Under the pieces are notes generated by a model. It was not told the origin of the DNA. It did no database searches and saw only the letters and a list, made by a program, of their open reading frames with translations. A stretch of DNA of 64,000 nt, from the NCBI GenBank assembly GCA_040954595.2, contig CM082576.2, forward strand, positions 15,048,928-15,112,927. Direction: 5' to 3'. This document shows positions 1-11,689 of the stretch, piece after piece. This DNA is from Balanoglossus misakiensis (taxonomy: Eukaryota; Animalia; Hemichordata). The stretch's first letter is position 1; the number at the start of each line of letters is the position of its first letter. Made by a program: the position numbers and the translations under genes.

Positions 1-311
1 ACTATGCTCAGAAAAGCTGTGGGCCATCCTAAAATTCAGTGAGGGAGATAGTATATTATGTGCAACCGGCCCATTTGGAATTCAAATGTGGTAAATGTGT
101 AACTTTGCTTTCAAGAATATTTGATGTCAATATTGTGCACGGTTCTTTGTGTTTCATATTGGAACCTCTTTGTTCAGCACTTATTCTAGACTGAAAAATT
201 CGGTCCTGACAGTTGTGAATGTCGTGTACAGACGTAAATATGTATTATTATGTTTATCATTCTTTAATTACCAGGGGTAATAGTTGAATTCTGTTATATT
301 TTGTCTCATAG

Positions 312-391
312 GTGCAAAGGTTCGTACAGAGATTTATGAAGCTTTCAATAACATCTATCCCATCTTGAAGGCATTTAAAAAGTTGTCATAA
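312..391 (+). CDS. TBP: Last coding exon of TATA-box binding protein (gene begins upstream of the window)
   Basis: Acceptor ttttgtctcatag ends at 311. The exon reads (G)[25 protein letters not shown], the characteristic TBP C-terminus (GAKVRxEIYEAFxNIYPILKxF). TAA at 389-391; AATAAA signals lie further downstream. Confidence 0.93.
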
Positions 392-2085
392 GGATTTACA
401 CAACATCTCTGCAGAGCAGCAGCAGAAAACAAAGCATTTATTTATATGCAAGAGTGAATTGCCCATGTCAATCCCAGTTATCTGTACAGAGATTGTGAGC
501 TGAACTTGTTAATAAGAAAGTGAGAAAAGAGAAGTTTTGCAGACATGAAAGTGAGAACAGATTTCATGGTTGTTTACATGTCAATACTAATTTTGCTGTC
601 AATAGTCGGCTTGAACTTTGAATCGGCCTTTATTGGTTCCTGTTCAAGTCTTTGAGCATTGAAGTTACGTGACGTAGGGATTTACCCAATACCTCAGTAA
701 TCATGCATAGGATTCACATCCAATATCTGCACCAATGGAGTTTCTGTATGCAAATACAAACCATTTGACAGGAGTGAAAAATCTTGACATGAATTCTTTG
801 CGGAAAGGAAAAGTCGCCTGTGTGTATTTGGAAAGGATGTTTTCTTCACATTTGTGACAGCTGTAGAGTAATTCTGTATTTTGACTGACTTTTTTCTATG
901 AACATGGAAGAATTGTTTTCACAGTTATTGACAATGTCGGAACAGTGCATTTATTTATAAGAAATTTATTTTGAAGTTGTATGTTTTCATGTTCATTTTC
1001 TGCCAAGAAGTGTGTTGGCTAACGTTTCAGAATATTATGTATTTCAAATGGAAAAGCAGACTTGTTGATACATGGCTTTGTAAAATTTCCACATATTGGA
1101 CTTCAGTTGTAAAATGTTAACTATTTCACAATCATGTCTGTTAGTTTGCGTTTGTATTTTGGCAGTGAGATAAATCTGAAATGAAATAGACTGCCACAAA
1201 AAGGTTCAAAACTTTTCGTTTGTAAAGAAAACTTATATTAGGATGAGTATAGTTGAGCAAAATTCATTATCAATAAAAAAAAATTCTTTGTTGTTCTATC
1301 TAATTTTGTGTTTGTTTTATTTTGTATGTTTCACAGAATGCATATTGCATTGAAAATATTTTATGGTGTTATGATTTGATAATTAAAATTTATGCCAAGA
1401 AACATACATTCTATTAGTATTTTTGAAATAAACAAAGCATTCTTGTAAAAATAATAAGATTATTCAGTCTTTCTTATTTGTTACTGATATTTTACACACA
1501 AAGTATTTTTTGTTACAGTATGGTGTCCTGTAGAAATCGGTTGGGTCCCACACACATTGAGTGACTGTTATTGCTGAGATGACTTACCGGACACATGATT
1601 ATTAAATCCCATATGTGGTCTTTGCATTTGCGGTTCGGAACTAAAGTTTAGGAGGCACTGACTTTTCCCCTTGCGAAAATAAGGTCAAAGCAGAACTGGG
1701 TATAGCCCATGAATTTGTTTTCTGTGATGTACTCACATAATTTTTCAGAGTGCTTGCCTATACCAATACTTCATGCAGAATAAAAAAATATTTACGGATG
1801 AAGTAAAACAATTATTTTCCTTCCACATTCAATTTTACTCTCATGGTCTCTAAATTACACCTTGTAGTAATATACGTGTAAGACAGTGGGAGTGTGTGTC
1901 TGTCTGGACTGCAAAGTGTGTCAAATAAAAAAACCCACTATGATACACACTAAAAAAGCTGAGAATAATTTACATCACAACTATTACAATAAACAACATC
2001 GCATCTTTCCAATTTGAATGAACTTCAAAGATTAATTCCTGTCTGAAACGCCCACATTATTTTGATCTCGAACTTGACATTGACC

Positions 2086-2136
2086 CACGTGAAAAGTGTC
2101 CCGTCATGCGTCAGTTCATAACAAATCATGACGTCA
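2086..2136 (+). promoter_or_regulatory. ATG14 proximal promoter/5' UTR motifs: E-box CACGTG (2086-2091), TGCGTCA half-CRE, full CRE TGACGTCA (2129-2136)
   Basis: Motifs read directly, clustered within 60 bp upstream of the ATG14 start codon in a locally CpG-rich stretch. Function is inferred. Confidence 0.5.
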
Positions 2137-2145
2137 CTAAATAAT

Positions 2146-5100
2146 ATGGCGACTTGCTGGGAGGATGGAACTGAATCGGCTGCTACGTCCTCCGACGTTG
2201 TTTCAAGTTCATCGGCCATTGGCATCGCCGTCGAGAGGTGCCCCTTGTGCAGTAATTCCAAAAGAAGCTTTACGTGTAAAGACTGTATCGAACAGGGTAG
2301 TTTTACACATTCCAGCGGCAAAAACCCTCTACGGTAAGCAGGAGACGGCTCGATTTCCGCGATACACCACCGTTGACTAGCCCCCGATTTTGTTGACAGT
2401 TTTCGTCTACGAAAGAATCAGAATAGGTGGATTCATTGTCAATCAAACAAAAGAGTTTACTGTTCTCTTCCTTAGGTACGCCGAAAAACTTGAAAGACTA
2501 AACAGAATGAAGAAAGAACGACTGAAACTTCTGGAGGAGTGAGTATGAAATGGCTGTTATTTTCAACTTCAAGTCATTATTATTATGTATGCGTGGAATA
2601 AAAGGTTACATTTGTTGACACCGTGGCGGCGTGACGCAATATCCCTCAGCTGATGACAACAAGGAAGTTTTCTGCCGTCAGAGCTAGTACAAAAATTACG
2701 ACAACTGCAATAACAACAACTAACCGATGAGGAATATTATAGTATGCGATTTTTAAAAGGCCGAATCCATTGACACCGTACCAGGGGTGGCAATAGACAA
2801 TCCGTGTATAAAAATTTGCATATAGCGGTTGGACTGGGCAATGTTTTCTAAGCTGCTCTTTGACTGAGACAGTTATGTGTGTGAGTCATCACTATTTTGG
2901 CGTGTGATGTGTACTGATAATTGTACACGTGTAAATCCTCACACCAATGACTAAGAATGATGTGGAACAGACAAATTGCTCCATAGCCTGTTGCATAGAA
3001 GTAGGTCAAGCACTAATTCGTAAATATGTGCCTGATATTTACACTTGCCATATAATAAATAGCATGTCATTTGCTGCAATTGGGCCACTCAGGCTATTAT
3101 TACTTTCCACAAGACAGATCTTTAGCTGCTAATAAGCATCTTTGAGTTTGACTCTACCAGCTATCTGTTGTTCGGACTAAGAGAATGTTTATTTTGTATT
3201 ATCATTTTAATCCGTGACAACATGTGGATAGCTAGTAAAATCTTACCAATATTTTTGATATTATTGATTGTTTGGGGAAAAAACTGCAAACTTTCTGAGA
3301 TTTATCGACAATATTATTAAAAAATACAAATATTGCAATTCCTAAGATGACGATCGATACAAGGTGAACTGAAAGAGGCAAACTCTGAATGTTTCAATGG
3401 AATTTTAAGAAACAATATAAATCTGCAGTTTTAACTCAAGTCAGCAAACACATACTGTAATTTATGAAGTCCATATTGTATATATTTCAAAACAAATTTT
3501 CTGATTATTTTCAGAGTCACTGAGGCCATAGCGGGGAGTGTGCAATATGACAAACAGGTAAGAATTCAATCTGTCATCAATGTTTCAAGTTTCAGCCTTG
3601 TTGAACCAAGTTTGTGTTTATGCATTACCAAAAGGTACTGAGGATTTTTACCTTCTCTATGGACTGAGAGTGCAACAAGTTTAGCTGTTTGAGGGATATC
3701 ATCTTTGTTTTTATCCAGAAATCTGAGGCGATAGCTGTCAGGCAAAATATATCCGTGTTACAAAAGGCATTAGAAGATTCAATGAAGAAGGCTGAAACAG
3801 GTAATTCATCAGCATTATACACTGTATTTTTATAATGTGGGTCCTGCTCAAATCAAACAAATCATTCCTTGAAAAATACCACAGATAATAACATATTGCT
3901 ACCGTCACTACTGAGTTGAAATAAATACAAAAAAAAAATCTTTCATGGAGTATCTGCAATTGCAAGTCTGTGCTTTTTACCAGAAATCTTATTTTTGTTG
4001 ACAGAAAGACAAAATGTCAAGGCAAAACAAGAAAGGAAGAAGAAAATCAGACTGAAAATCAGAAATCTTCTTGAGAAGAAAGAGAAAGTGCAACGATACC
4101 TTGGTAAGCAGTTTTAAATACAGATTGTAAAAAAATCTTGAGTTAAGAAAAAAACAGTTTATAGTAGTGATTGTATATTTTCATTATTTGGCCCAATGCG
4201 TGTACATAGTACATGAGTTAGTTTTAAGCTATAGTGTGTCTGAGGTTCAAAAAATCATGTCCCAATATTTGTTTTATAAGCCAATCTGTGTGAGAAAGTG
4301 TTTTAATGAAGCTACAAAAACACCTCACACAATCCAATCAAACATGATAGATTAACTAACAAGGTGCATGTCCTGATGCAACCATGTGTTTGTACGTACC
4401 ATCACTTTCTTTGAAAGTATTATGGGAATGTAAGTGCTGGCTATCTTTGAACTCTCCAGACCAGTCAAGACAACAATACAGCAAAAGTATAGAAGCTGAG
4501 ATGTGCTTAGAAGATCAAATAACATGTATACGGCGGTCAAGAGCAGAAGAATTAGTTACTTCAATATTTCCTATCACTGAGATTGAAGTGAAAGACCCTC
4601 AGGAATCAAGGTAAGATTGCAGAATAAAAAGCAGGTGAAAATCTGTATATTTGAGTGAACACAACAGGCTGTAGTCTGGTCTGTATGACATGTATTTGAT
4701 TATAATATAACTACTCATACAGGACCTTGACCTCAATTGACCCATCTGTAGCTTAGCTGCATCAGACAGCTAAATAGCCCAATTTGTCAACAGCTAGCTA
4801 CATCATGCAGTAGACTCTCTCACAGCCCCTCTCGCCGTCCATGCAGGCTAATGGTCTGATTGCAAGGTTCGCTACACAACCCCACCATATGGGGCTTCTC
4901 CTTTGCGAAATGGTTGAGGGCACGTCAGTGAAGAGCCTTGTAGCGAACCGTGGGCTGTGAGAGAGTCTACATCATGCAGCCACTAGGCTCTGATCAGACC
5001 AGACCAGCATAAGCACATGATTTGAAAGTTCTTGATTTAGAGACAAAAATGTTTCAAACAACTTTACCAAGTCAAGCCACTTGTGAATAATGACTGGCAA

Positions 5101-8063
5101 GACCTGTAAATGGTTACCTTCGTTCATGTCAAATATTCTCCCTTTCAGAGAGGAGTTTGACGATGAAAATGAATTATCGCTTAGTGCAGTTGGCGAACTA
5201 ACAGAAGCCCAGCATATGTCATACGTTCATGGCAGATGGGTGTATACTGGCAATCCCAGTCAAACCCAGTTGAGCATTGTGACTCCGGAAGCGCGTCTTC
5301 CAGGTGACGGAGACTACTCGGCATATACTGCATGGTGTAAGTCATGATCACTTTGACCCCTCCACCACCGTGGTTTGGTCCAAATCCATTGTTTTCAAGG
5401 GTAGAGTTGGACCGTTATAGAGAGATATGGGGATGAACAGGTTACTAGTAGTTACAGGTACACGGTCACCACCAATTTAAATATGGTCATAAATGGCTAA
5501 AATGGCGTATTTGAGTGTTCTAAAGAACACATGATGGTGCTCTGTTTGTGTGCCATCCACTGAAAATCTGCGATTGGCTAGATCTAAATTTACCATGGTA
5601 ATTGTAGCTAAATTTGCATAGATGACCATTTACCTTTAAACCTGTGAAACATGTTTTGTGTGTGGACATTTCTGGGCACTTGCTGAAGAATACTGATGTC
5701 ACCATTTGAATGTGTAGCTTTTACGAATTGAAATCACAACTGAAAGTTAAGATGTACATGTCAAATAGCAGTGAATACCCACTGTTGACCACACATTTGT
5801 GTTGTTTTCCCTTCAGATGAGACGTCAAGAGACGTGACACCAGGACCGAGCTCTGACCTGCTTCTAGTTCTACGGAATCCAGCCAACTCCATGTGTTCTG
5901 CTCTGGCCTATACTACACAGTTAGCATCAGTACTATCGTTTTATTTAGGAACCAATCTGCCAGAGAAATTGTGTTACAGGTGAGTACAGAAATAATGTTT
6001 GTTACTTGACTGTTTTTTTTTAAAGAGTGGAGCTTGGGGTGACCATACGATTTTAGTCGATTGCTGAATTAAATTTTATAAAACTTGTTAAAAATGACGA
6101 TAGTAGAAGTGGGTTTTCAAACATTGGTTTATGGTGGTTTAGTACAAAAATATGCATAATTTTAAGAACCTGAATTTGATTGACCCCAATCTGATTAAAA
6201 TCAGATGTAGAGTTAGGGGCTGGTGATAGATTTGGCTATGCTGATCTCTGTCTTGGCTGTTATCGGGTGTACACACCACTCTATGTAGTGTGGGCCCCCT
6301 TCCAAACAGAACAGCCAAGAATCGGCAAAAGTAAAGATGGCCCTAACTCTACATCTGATTCTAATTCAGATTGGATTCACCCAACTTGATGTAGCATTTC
6401 CAACTTCAACTGCAGTATGCTTACTGTCAATGATGGCGATCCAAAATATCTCTCTGTAAGAAAAATATAAAAAATATACTGCTGCAGGGGCTTTGATATT
6501 ATGACAAATTAAATTCACATTTTAGTTAGATTTATTGTGCATGTTAACATACAACACTTTGTCCTCACCTACAGCAAATTCTGTGGCAAGAAGCTTTCAC
6601 CAAAGGCATTTTCAAGAGCTGTGGCCAAGCTCAACACCAACATTCTTTACATATGTTTCACACAGGTAAGCTGAAAAGCTGGTCACTGTTAAAAGTGACT
6701 GATCAGTAATGTACTAGACTTTGATGGCAATTTATTGCACTATAATTCTTTGCTCAGTGACTTTGCTGTATGCTTCTGAATAACAACTTTTTGAATCTAA
6801 TCATAACCTCTGCGCAACTTTATATAAAACCTGATCCCTTTTTAATATTATACTGAAAAAATTACCCACAGTGGAAGCTATTTGAAATTATGTATTGAAT
6901 TTCATTGATTTGTATACAGTATCATAAAGCACTGAAGTTTTTTCTCATTTCTTAAAAAGTAATATTTTTTAGCGTAATGAAATCATGTGTGTGTAACTGA
7001 CCCAATTTTTTTCTCTTTCTCACCAGGATGTGAATCCTGAATGTTTGAATGCATCACACACGATGAGAAACCTAATGGCATGTTTGAACCCAGAGACTAG
7101 TCAACTTGGAAGGTATGGTGCTGACAATCTTGGATTGTCCTCCGTACACATGTTCTGTTTTCATGTCTTCATTCTTGATCTGACAGTGGTTGTATAAGAA
7201 AATGCAAAAAAAACGAACTGACACTGTGCAAGTATGCAAATGTTCAGAACAAAGTCCCTTTTGTAGTTGACAATAAATTTTATTACATCAGTCAGTGTGT
7301 TATTACATGTGCATTTATTACATACTTTATTTAACCATTCTTCAATGGCTATGCCAGCCCAGGGTATTGCATATTTGGTGCAATTTTTGTCACTTTTGGC
7401 AAAAGAATTTAGTTTTCTGAAATCACTCGTCCAATTGCTGGAACAGTTGGTTTTCAGAGTCCTGGGGAGTTCTCACTATGAAGTATTATATTATTATGAT
7501 TTCTGAGTCTATGTGGTTTGCATGTAATTCAGAATTTTTTTCTGTCAGATCTGTTCAAACTATGATGAAAGTGTCATTTTATCATAAATTATATACATGT
7601 ACACATAAATGCTTTAGGCCATAATCCAGGAGTGATCAATTTGGAGTGTCATTAATGTGATTTTGCTCCAGAATATGATGTCTTGTTATGATAACCATGT
7701 GCAATTTGTGTCTGTAGGAGCGGACCATTTGAAGTGAATTCCGAAATGATGCAGTCGGTGGACGAATCACTGCTACCATACTACTGTTTCTCGGACGACA
7801 GCGACCAGCACAGTTCCAGCGAAGACGAGATCGATTTCGGACAAGAGTGGGAAGCCGTGCCCCGGCAGCTTCCAGAAACGCCCACTCGAATGAGTGACAC
7901 CTGTCAATCAACAACTCAGTCCCAAGCTGCTCCGCCCCACTCACCTTCCCCGAGCTCTGCTGGGGGTCTGATGTCATCAGCTGCTGCCTCAGTTGCCTCT
8001 CTTTGGAGGGCAGCCACGAGCACGACAGGATTGGCAAGTCAGTCACCGGAGAAGAAATCATGA
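2146..8063 (+). CDS. ATG14: Beclin 1-associated autophagy regulator (ATG14/Barkor), 11 coding exons
   Basis: Exons approx 2146-2333, 2476-2538, 3515-3557, 3719-3800, 4005-4103, 4460-4610, 5149-5336, 5817-5979, 6575-6665, 7027-7112, 7718-8063, GT-AG and frame-consistent. N-terminal CPLC...CKDC cysteine repeats, coiled coil, LPGDGDYSAY, NPANSMCSALAYTTQL, LIR-like EWEAV and BATS amphipathic helix GGLMSSAAASVASLWRA. Confidence 0.93.
4811..4969. mobile_element. MITE with 18-bp TIRs and 10-bp target-site duplication (superfamily unassigned)
   Basis: TAGACTCTCTCACAGCCC ... GGGCTGTGAGAGAGTCTA, flanked on both sides by CATCATGCAG (4801-4810 and 4970-4979); in ATG14 intron 6. Confidence 0.85.
6187..6373. 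mobile_element. MITE with ~33-bp imperfect TIRs
   Basis: CAATCTGATTAAAATCAGATGTAGAGTTAGGG ... CCCTAACTCTACATCTGATTCTAATTCAGATTG; flanks GATTGACCC / GATTCACCC suggest a degenerate 8-9 bp TSD. Confidence 0.75.
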
Positions 8064-10159
8064 CAATTCCTCAATATATTGTGCTCATTTTTGGGTGGTT
8101 TTTAATTTTTTTTTTTTTTTGCTGTTAAGCAGGGTCTTCCAGTTCAGTACCCACGCTGTATTGTTAATCAAGTTTAACTTTTACCAGGTCAGTCAGAGAT
8201 TTTATGTGGACATGGGTTGGCAGAAAATAAGTGCCATGAAGATCCGACTTTAGCAAGAGCAGTACCATATCATTGATGTATTTATTTGATAAAATGACTG
8301 CATAATGAACTTTTGTCTGAAGCAGGTGTTTCGTTTTATTCTGAATTACCTTTTAGATGCGTGCATTCTTTACTGGCGTAAAGTGTTGCTATAATTTTTT
8401 ACATCAGATTTTTAGAACCTTGACCCTAGAAAATGCAACATTGCTTCTAGACAACACTTAAGTCGTGGTGGGCATTTCAGACATTAAAAGGAAAATTCTT
8501 GTGTTGTTAACCTTGTCTGACACCCAGCTTCTTACACCCCTCCAAACATAGATTTACATATGTACATAATTTTTTTTCACATGACTGTTTGTGGTGCTTT
8601 ACATTTTGTCTTTTACATGGCTTCTGTAAATTTTCATGTCTGATTAAATTTTTATGGTTGTCAGTGCCAGCGTGCACAGGTGTAAATAGATGCAGATGTG
8701 TTTTTTGAGAAGTTTGGTTGTACACATGTACAGCTCACAGTTGTATCATAATGATGCCATGATACATGAATTTTAAGGGCAATTGACAGTGTACCTGGAT
8801 TTGCTATGGGTATCATCATTGTGCAGAAGTAATACTGAGAGACCCTGTTCAGGTCAAAGGTCATGACCACGGCATTTAAATTATCGAAGTTCAGATTTGT
8901 ATTGTGTGGAATAACTGTTTACTGTGAAACAATGAACATGTTTTTATCTTGAGGATCTCAAGAGGAATACTGAAATCTAGATGTCAGTGTTTGTTGTTGA
9001 AGTACTTATGTTACTTGTTCTACGATAATACTCTGAACATTCAATCTGTTAATGTACATTGAATTGTTTCAAACTTGTTCAAAGATAAACAGAATGGAAA
9101 CTTCATGACCAACAATGTTTTCTAGTGGTGTTTTATCTCCCAGTGTATTTATGTACATTGTACACGTACCGATATGCGTGTGTGTATGTATGTATGCTGC
9201 TTGGTAATTCCTCTTCTGGCACAAATGAATGTTGTCAGTTGATTATCTGAGAAAATTTTGGAGGTATTTTGAAGGGGCAACAAATTTCCGAGTTCCAGTC
9301 TCATGAGTCTATGAAATGAGCAGCAAATCCCCCCCCCCCCCCCAAAAAAAGAAGGATGTACATGTACTTCACAGTGTGTGGGTGTGAATAAGCTCATCAT
9401 TTCAATGGCTCCAGAGAAGGCCAGTGCAGACTACACTACTTTCTGCATGTTGTTGATCAAAATCATAACATAACACACAAGCAAAATGAACAGTGCATAT
9501 AATTTATTTTTTAAACAGTTAATGTGTACAAAACTCCTCTTTTCTGCCAAAAAAAGCAAATCCAAGAACTGCAACATCCAAAAATACAAAAAAAGTAATG
9601 GTTCTTTTCTAGCCACTGCATTGGTGCAAATACAGTGGAACAGTCGCTAATAAAGAAAGATCAACTTTGAAGAAAGCATGATTAGCTTTGCCAAAAAGAT
9701 TCAATATTTAAAGTCTGATTTTGTGCTTGGGAATAGTAAAGCCTAAGGTCACAAATGAAATGCAAAACATTTGAAAGTCAAAATTCCAGGTTAGACATCT
9801 AAAATCTACTTGTAACATTTTGAAAAGAAAACATCAATCTTGTTTCTGCATGAAAAACACAGCCAATAATAGTGGAAAATGTGTACCTACCTCAATACAC
9901 ATGTTAACACTTGTCAGTAGAACAATAAAAGGCAACTTGCAACAAGAAAGTGACAGAAGAGCAAAACAAAAACGTGGTAGGTTTGTAAGCTCTGCTGAAA
10001 TGTTTTTTTTTTAGTTTTCAAGTATCAGTCTCATATAAAGCATTATGACTGACTTGTATGTCAACTTCCACATTGTAATTTATTTGCAAATGTTTGATTA
10101 GCGGAATGTTTTTTTCAAAGGATGGTCCACTCAGTACACAGCACTGACTTTTAATTTAA

Positions 10160-10444
10160 AGGGGAAATTCAGCAAGGCTGGTTTTTACATAAGTGTTAGC
10201 TTTGGGTTCGGTTTATAAACAGCCATTTTCGTGCGAGTTTTTACAAAAATATTGGCGGAAGTTGTATTCTAAGGCCTCATCCACTTAATGTACTAGTATT
10301 TTGAATCATGGGAAAAAGCTCCAAGCCTGGCCGGGACTATTTTCTGATTGGCATCATTGAATACTACGGCCATTGTTTATACACACAGCCCGGTGTGAAT
10401 GTGAGCGAGTTAAACAATGCCATCCGCCTAGCCGAAATTCCCCT
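10160..10444. mobile_element. TTAA-specific non-autonomous DNA element (Kolobok-like termini)
   Basis: TTAA|AGGGGAAATTC ... GAAATTCCCCT|TTAA, lying between the convergent 3' ends of ATG14 and BAZ1A. Confidence 0.7.
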
Positions 10445-11689
10445 TTAAAGTTTGCAAAGGGATCTTTACAAAAGTGGCTTGATATAAAAAGCCACCCTCT
10501 TATTGCTTTGTAGTTGCAAAACACATCCAGCACAGTTGGCATTGCAGAACTATCATGGATTGGAACCATCAGTTAATTTTGGTCAGACATGGAGCATCGT
10601 TTCAACTCTAATACACCATCAGGTTCAAACTGAGAATGATAATGAATACTGGCAGTAGTACTTTGAGCGAAAGAACCACAGTACCATAAGCATAGTCACT
10701 TAGCTATTGCATAGATTGTTGTTTCAGCTCAAGTGATCTCCTATAAAGTGTTTTGAATAAGAACTATTTCCCATTCATACATACCTGAGTTCAGCTGCAT
10801 CATTTCACAATGACTCAATTTAATACTCAAAATACAACATATAAAGGGCCACTCTCTGTAACTTCAGGATAGTTTTTCAGTATTTTTGATTTGTGTATCA
10901 AACACATTTTCTTGTTCACCTCCCTATCGTTACCCTTCTTGCCCAGATCTCTGCTTTTCAACAAGTCATGCGTATGTGTACAAATGTATTCAAGTCCGAA
11001 CTTGAAAACAATTTTCAAACAATAACAATGCTGATTATGCAACTCATAGGCTAGGTTGAAAAGATTAACACTGCGTTTAACCATGTCTCGGGGCACCAAA
11101 CAAGAAACTATGGTTGATACACAGAATAAAAATACTGAAAAAAATTGCCAAAACTTACAGTTAACCCTATTGCTACCGGGTGTCATAACCCGTTAGAGTC
11201 TCGAGTCCATATAGATACGTATCATCACTGGAATACGTATTTAGACAGTGTTGGTTTCTTTGATTAGCTGCCATGTGTGTATTTAGACAGGGTCGTTTGC
11301 CTCAATCTAGCTGTATCCACTGTTTATGATCATCTTGGCCTGATCAAATTACCCAGCAGAGGCGGTTTAGTATGTACTCAGCTGTTCAAATATTTGACAT
11401 TACACAGTCTGATACCAATTCATTTCTCCACAGTCAAGTATGCCCCGGATTCTAGGGGGGTAGGAAAATAACTACGTTTCCTACTGACTTGGCACTGTTA
11501 GGGTTAATGGAGCTTTAATGAAGACTACGAGACAGGAAGGATGTTAGACTGCCTGTCTCCATCTAAATGATCATAATTTTCTTCATATATCATATACACC
11601 ATTTTGGACATCTCTTTTAAGACAAAAAAGTTCTATTTACAAAGAAGTGAAATTCAGATCTGCATCACCGCACAATGTTTATCATTAAA

